From Octopus vulgaris (taxonomy: Eukaryota): a DNA stretch of 64,000 nucleotides. The translations under genes were made by a program, and so were the position numbers. This document shows, piece after piece, positions 63,701-64,000 of the stretch (the first letter of the stretch is position 1; every line of letters begins with the position of its first letter). The notes beneath the pieces are model-generated. The model did not search any database, had not been told where the DNA came from, and saw nothing but the letters and a program-made list of their open reading frames with translations. The stretch lies in contig OX597816.1 in assembly GCA_951406725.2 (NCBI GenBank), positions 25,358,001 through 25,422,000 on the forward strand. Direction: 5' to 3'.

Positions 63701-64000
63701 TCACATTCCAGAATTATCTAAATTCATGCTATTGTTCCACTCCAGCAATTTTTCGTTGTTGTGTTTCTGTACATGAAATTGAATTTATAATGCGATTGAA
63801 GTAACCAACTGAATAATATCTTTTCAATTTCATTCATTTTAAAGTGTCAAAAAATACCTCGATAAATGGAGCTTCAATTATTGACTGCCATACTTTAGAA
63901 GTGAGCGAAGGAATATCTACAATAAAGTTATGTGAAGCGAAGTGTTTGCTGAAAAAGTGTTCAGCGTTTGATTATTCAAAACTTCAGAGAACATGTAGAA
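353..64000 (+). CDS. Multi-exon gene (partial; 41 exons visible) encoding an IgGFc-binding protein/zonadhesin-like protein: (VWD-C8-TIL-TILa/EGF-like-EGF) x ~7 followed by PAN/apple domains
   Basis: Exons traced by hand with AG/GT boundaries and compatible phases (VWDa 1-0, VWDb 0-2, C8 2-1, TIL 1-0, TILa/EGF 0-1, EGF 1-1, PAN 1-1). No stops seen in the spliced frame. Motifs: GDPHY.x[13 protein letters not shown]8 'CRIDVC...FC...FATEC...WR', TIL 'GCVCxxGFILSGxxCV', EGF 'CRNGATC'. Start and stop lie outside the window. Confidence 0.9.
835..1186. mobile_element. Mariner-derived non-autonomous element, internally deleted (copies also at 11584-11935, 19880-20231, 26898-27249, 33143-33494)
   Basis: Imperfect TIRs TCTGATCAGTGAGTAT.CGGACT.TTGCTATAGTAACGAAGC ... 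GCTTCGTTACAATCGGAGCAGTCC.GATACTTATTGATCAGA; longer version at 41023-41894 has transposase remnants. Confidence 0.7.
1568..1758 (+). CDS. Exon U0 TIL domain
   Basis: ttccAG|caacg...atgaag|GTAAA; TKCKENEEF...[23 protein letters not shown]. Confidence 0.9.
2196..2379 (+). CDS. Exon U0 TILa/EGF-like
   Basis: ctacAG|gttaat...cactg|GTGAG; [16 protein letters not shown]...CGENSHC...[16 protein letters not shown] (not in ORF track). Confidence 0.88.
3102..3451. repeat. (CATA)n/(TA)n/(CA)n microsatellite tract (paralogs ~13856-14368, 21760-21990, 29205-29545, 35401-35725)
   Basis: Visible directly; length differs between units. Confidence 0.95.
3452..4452 (+). mobile_element. Penelope-like element fragment (second copy ~14370-15380)
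   Basis: [18 protein letters not shown]...[15 protein letters not shown]...[35 protein letters not shown] resembles the post-RT region of Penelope-like ORFs; Asn-rich tail; absent from U2-U4 introns. Confidence 0.55.
4493..4600 (+). CDS. Exon U0 EGF domain
   Basis: caacAG|atgct...ccgaaa|GTATG; [36 protein letters not shown]. Confidence 0.9.
5362..5609 (+). CDS. Exon U1 VWD N-half (GDPH)
   Basis: tttcAG|ctttg...atcttg|GTACG; [14 protein letters not shown]...GTCKYTL. Confidence 0.9.
6363..8305 (+). mobile_element. 5'-truncated CR1/L2-group LINE, ORF2 reverse transcriptase (frameshift near 6928)
   Basis: [58 protein letters not shown]; (ACTA)n 3' tail; flanked by (TA)n on both sides. Confidence 0.9.
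8584..8888 (+). CDS. Exon U1 VWD C-half
   Basis: tttcAG|ataaat...gaaacaaa|GTAAT; GLKVMFDG...[10 protein letters not shown]. Confidence 0.9.
9260..10133 (+). mobile_element. 5'-truncated RTE-clade LINE
   Basis: [23 protein letters not shown]; (TGA)n tail; TSD AGTTATTG at 9252-9259 and 10134-10141; empty site visible in U2 at ~18413. Confidence 0.88.
11102..11370 (+). CDS. Exon U1 C8 domain
   Basis: Near-identical to 353-621, same splice sites. Confidence 0.9.
12322..12512 (+). CDS. Exon U1 TIL domain
   Basis: Near-identical to 1568-1758, AG/GT conserved. Confidence 0.9.
12951..13134 (+). CDS. Exon U1 TILa/EGF-like
   Basis: Near-identical to 2196-2379. Confidence 0.88.
15421..15528 (+). CDS. 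Exon U1 EGF
   Basis: Near-identical to 4493-4600. Confidence 0.9.
16384..16631 (+). CDS. Exon U2 VWD N-half (GDPH)
   Basis: [11 protein letters not shown]; AG/GT conserved. Confidence 0.9.
17355..17614. repeat. Perfect 260-bp palindrome centred on (TA)n
   Basis: Arms checked base by base: TTGAAGAGTTTACCCG...CACCAG(TA)nCTGGTG...CGGGTAAACTCTTCAA. Confidence 0.95.
17747..18051 (+). CDS. Exon U2 VWD C-half
   Basis: [12 protein letters not shown]...TGICGDCNG; 305 nt. Confidence 0.9.
19395..19663 (+). CDS. Exon U2 C8
   Basis: Paralog of 353-621. Confidence 0.9.
20620..20810 (+). CDS. Exon U2 TIL
   Basis: Paralog of 1568-1758. Confidence 0.9.
21201..21384 (+). CDS. Exon U2 TILa/EGF-like
   Basis: Paralog of 2196-2379. 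Confidence 0.88.
22055..22162 (+). CDS. Exon U2 EGF
   Basis: Paralog of 4493-4600. Confidence 0.9.
22572..24069 (+). mobile_element. Degenerate R4/Dong-type (RLE) non-LTR retrotransposon 3' fragment
   Basis: MKFG.EKCA, YKYLGI, ET.GFLIAA.DQ, CCHC-like CR..G...ET..HIVSG, RHDRV, NRPDI; (AAT)n tail. Confidence 0.8.
24266..24513 (+). CDS. Exon U3 VWD N-half (GDPH)
   Basis: [11 protein letters not shown]. Confidence 0.9.
25420..25727 (+). CDS. Exon U3 VWD C-half
   Basis: 308 nt (extra Arg codon, LPVRNY). Confidence 0.9.
26413..26681 (+). CDS. Exon U3 C8
   Basis: Paralog of 353-621. Confidence 0.9.
27638..27828 (+). CDS. Exon U3 TIL
   Basis: Paralog of 1568-1758. Confidence 0.9.
28267..28450 (+). 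CDS. Exon U3 TILa/EGF-like
   Basis: Paralog of 2196-2379. Confidence 0.88.
29625..29732 (+). CDS. Exon U3 EGF
   Basis: Paralog of 4493-4600. Confidence 0.9.
30532..30779 (+). CDS. Exon U4 VWD N-half (GDPH)
   Basis: [11 protein letters not shown]. Confidence 0.9.
31682..31989 (+). CDS. Exon U4 VWD C-half
   Basis: 308 nt paralog. Confidence 0.9.
32658..32926 (+). CDS. Exon U4 C8
   Basis: Paralog of 353-621. Confidence 0.9.
33882..34072 (+). CDS. Exon U4 TIL
   Basis: Paralog of 1568-1758. Confidence 0.9.
34511..34694 (+). CDS. Exon U4 TILa/EGF-like
   Basis: Paralog of 2196-2379. Confidence 0.88.
35812..35919 (+). CDS. Exon U4 EGF
   Basis: Paralog of 4493-4600. Confidence 0.9.
36480..38234 (+). 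mobile_element. Two tandem R4/Dong-type 3' fragments
   Basis: Short 3' end ([17 protein letters not shown]) followed by a longer fragment paralogous to 22572-24069 ending [16 protein letters not shown] and (AAT)n. The short end alone also occurs at ~5049-5184, 16071-16205, 30219-30355. Confidence 0.78.
38433..38680 (+). CDS. Exon U5 VWD N-half (GDPH)
   Basis: [11 protein letters not shown]. Confidence 0.9.
39542..39849 (+). CDS. Exon U5 VWD C-half
   Basis: 308 nt paralog. Confidence 0.9.
40537..40805 (+). CDS. Exon U5 C8
   Basis: Paralog of 353-621. Confidence 0.9.
41023..41894. mobile_element. Mariner-derived element, longer ancestral version
   Basis: Right end GATCAGACCTCGTA (reverse complement TACGAGGTCTGATC). 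Degenerate transposase N-terminus: [17 protein letters not shown] on +, and YEWSK...RSGRPRT.RTEENI on -. Confidence 0.75.
42317..42507 (+). CDS. Exon U5 TIL
   Basis: Paralog of 1568-1758. Confidence 0.9.
43014..43197 (+). CDS. Exon U5 TILa/EGF-like
   Basis: Paralog of 2196-2379; last homogenised exon. Confidence 0.88.
44124..44347. mobile_element. piggyBac-like MITE nested in LINE
   Basis: Starts TTAA-CCCTTTAG, ends at a TTAA (right TIR degraded); interrupts RT homology. Confidence 0.5.
45126..45503 (+). mobile_element. tRNA-derived SINE (family B)
   Basis: A box TGGCCCAGTGG, B-box-like GTTTCGATTCC, (AAAC)n tail, TSD ACCTTATGTGCAA at 45113-45125 and 45504-45516. Confidence 0.88.
46416..46526 (+). 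CDS. Exon: divergent EGF domain
   Basis: cctAG|ttaat...gaacaag|GTAAG; [37 protein letters not shown]; phase 1-1. Confidence 0.88.
46815..47190 (-). mobile_element. tRNA-derived SINE (family A, internal microsatellite)
   Basis: Reverse complement of the GCAGGAGTGGCTGTGTGGTAAG...CCAGCATGGCCGCAGTCAAATGACTG repeat seen many times in 46-61 kb. Confidence 0.85.
48008..48386 (-). mobile_element. 3' end of a CR1/L2-group LINE
   Basis: [14 protein letters not shown]...[16 protein letters not shown]...SNSL ORF2 C-terminus plus 3' UTR and short-repeat tail. Confidence 0.75.
48611..48864 (+). CDS. Exon U6 divergent VWD N-half (GDRH)
   Basis: ttttcAG|ttaga...attttg|GTAAT; [16 protein letters not shown]...GGCKYSL. 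Confidence 0.88.
48879..49152. repeat. Compound (TTC)n/(TTG)n microsatellite
   Basis: Alternating blocks directly after the donor at 48865. Confidence 0.95.
49167..49225 (+). ncRNA. Degenerate minimal type I hammerhead ribozyme motif in a ~200-bp dispersed repeat (49165-49372)
   Basis: CACACG-CCGATGA-TAGGTcaatACCTT-GAAA-CtcgaG-TC-CGTGTG; stem I perfect; core U4 replaced by C. Confidence 0.6.
49786..50106 (-). mobile_element. SINE family B, 5'-truncated
   Basis: TSD ATAGCATTATGT at 49774-49785 and 50107-50118; near-identical to 50672-51060. Confidence 0.85.
50259..50566 (+). CDS. Exon U6 divergent VWD C-half
   Basis: ttttAG|gtgaac...gaagatag|GTAAG; WGLTVRFDG...[10 protein letters not shown]. 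Confidence 0.88.
50672..51060 (-). mobile_element. SINE family B, full length
   Basis: tRNA-like head at the 51060 end; TSD TTTTAAGCACT at 50661-50671 and 51061-51071. Confidence 0.88.
51227..51691. mobile_element. Two SINE family A 5' halves in inverted orientation around (TA)/(CA) microsatellites
   Basis: + copy 51227-51375, - copy 51530-51691. Confidence 0.8.
52047..52402 (+). mobile_element. SINE family A
   Basis: AGGCGAAGGAGTGGCTGTGTGG...GACTGAAACAAGTAAAAGAGT. Confidence 0.85.
52455..52726 (+). CDS. Exon U6 divergent C8
   Basis: cttcAG|ttgtaaa...agctgtc|GTAAG; CRIDVC...[12 protein letters not shown]...WR. Confidence 0.88.
52780..53184. mobile_element. MITE with ~29-bp TIRs and 8-bp TSD (Merlin-like termini)
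   Basis: GGATTTTTTCGGTTTGAATGGCAGTTTTT ... AAAAACTGCCGTTCAAACCGAAAAGATCC; TSD TCCCTTTC at 52772-52779 and 53185-53192. Confidence 0.85.
54128..54359 (-). mobile_element. SINE family C (GGCGGCGAGCTGGCAGAA head)
   Basis: TSD TAAGTGGAAATATTG; paralogs at 55192-55426(+), 63118-63346(-), 61250-61455(-), 62231-62560(+), 47335-47545(-), 43520-43735(-). Confidence 0.85.
54620..55125 (-). mobile_element. SINE family A with internal duplication
   Basis: Family A reverse complement; the central GGGACAAACAC...GGGCTTCTTTC block occurs twice. Confidence 0.8.
55192..55426 (+). mobile_element. SINE family C
   Basis: TSD TAGGTTAGCTACCC at 55178-55191 and 55427-55440. Confidence 0.85.
56410..57140. mobile_element. 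Tail-to-tail pair of SINE family A copies
   Basis: + partial ~56410-56690, - copy ~56735-57140. Confidence 0.75.
57223..57413 (+). CDS. Exon U6 divergent TIL
   Basis: attcAG|caaaa...atgacg|GTAAG; [19 protein letters not shown]...[24 protein letters not shown]; same 191 nt length as paralogs. Confidence 0.88.
57990..58760 (-). mobile_element. Degenerate Penelope-like element (RT C-terminus and GIY-YIG remnant)
   Basis: [28 protein letters not shown] resembles the PLE GIY-YIG pattern VY.I.C..C...YIG.T.R.L..R..EH. Confidence 0.55.
58879..58937 (+). ncRNA. Second degenerate minimal hammerhead motif in the same repeat family (58878-59087)
   Basis: CGTGCG-CTGACGA-CGGGTaaatATTCA-GAAA-AccggG-TC-CGTGTG; intact CUGANGA/GAAA core. 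Confidence 0.6.
59421..59601 (+). CDS. Exon U6 divergent TILa/EGF-like
   Basis: atttAG|cttaaa...aaagaag|GTAAG; [16 protein letters not shown]...CQENSHC...[14 protein letters not shown]. Confidence 0.85.
59824..60132 (+). mobile_element. SINE family B head/core with a different tail
   Basis: GGAAGCGCAATGGCCCAGTGGTTAGGGCAGCGGACTCGCGG head; tail unlike that of 45126 or 50672. Confidence 0.82.
60518..60960 (+). mobile_element. SINE family A, full length
   Basis: GCAGGAGTGGCTGTG...(TA)n(TG)n...AAAAGAGTAAAAGAGT. Confidence 0.88.
61740..62043 (+). mobile_element. SINE family B head/core with a fourth tail type
   Basis: TGGAGGCACATGGCCTAGTGGTTAGAGCAGCGG head; tail GAAACCGGGAAACCGGCCC...GGCTCGAGAAGGAACAAACAA. 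Confidence 0.82.
62742..62975 (+). CDS. Exon: PAN/apple domain 1
   Basis: tttcAG|gtacg...cgtgtcc|GTAAG; [26 protein letters not shown] fits PAN C-x3-C-x5-C-x-SF-x-Y...C; phase 1 matches the previous exon. Confidence 0.8.
63118..63346 (-). mobile_element. SINE family C
   Basis: TSD AATATATATATT; near-identical to 54128-54359. Confidence 0.85.
63845..64000 (+). CDS. Exon: PAN/apple domain 2 (runs off window)
   Basis: ttttaaAG|tgtca; ...[26 protein letters not shown] open to the window end; phase 1. Confidence 0.72.

Noticed and set aside
1-64000. CRISPR array, rRNA or prokaryotic operon-type system
   Set aside because: No repeat-spacer structure, rRNA similarity or dense ORF packing; the sequence is spliceosomal eukaryotic DNA.

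Overview
Eukaryotic, AT-rich, microsatellite- and SINE-laden DNA. The repeat families look like coleoid cephalopod (Octopus-like) sequence; this is an inference from recognition, not a search. The whole window lies inside one large + strand intron-containing gene, with neither start nor stop codon in view. I can trace 41 exons with canonical GT-AG introns that join in one frame (about 8,885 nt, about 2,960 aa). They encode an FCGBP/zonadhesin-like cysteine-rich protein built from about 7 repeats of a 6-exon module (VWD split over 2 exons, C8, TIL, TILa/EGF-like, EGF; 435-436 aa), followed by at least 2 PAN/apple exons. From 1 to about 43,290 the modules, introns included, are near-identical tandem genomic duplicates (periods 6.2-10.7 kb) carrying copy-specific TE insertions and deletions. 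Beyond that point is one old, divergent module with long SINE-rich introns. The introns hold CR1-, RTE-, R4/Dong- and Penelope-like retroelement fragments, mariner-, piggyBac- and Merlin-like non-autonomous elements, three tRNA-SINE families, a perfect 260-bp palindrome and degenerate minimal hammerhead-ribozyme motifs. Units are numbered by VWD: U0 (partial), U1-U5 (homogenised), U6 (divergent).
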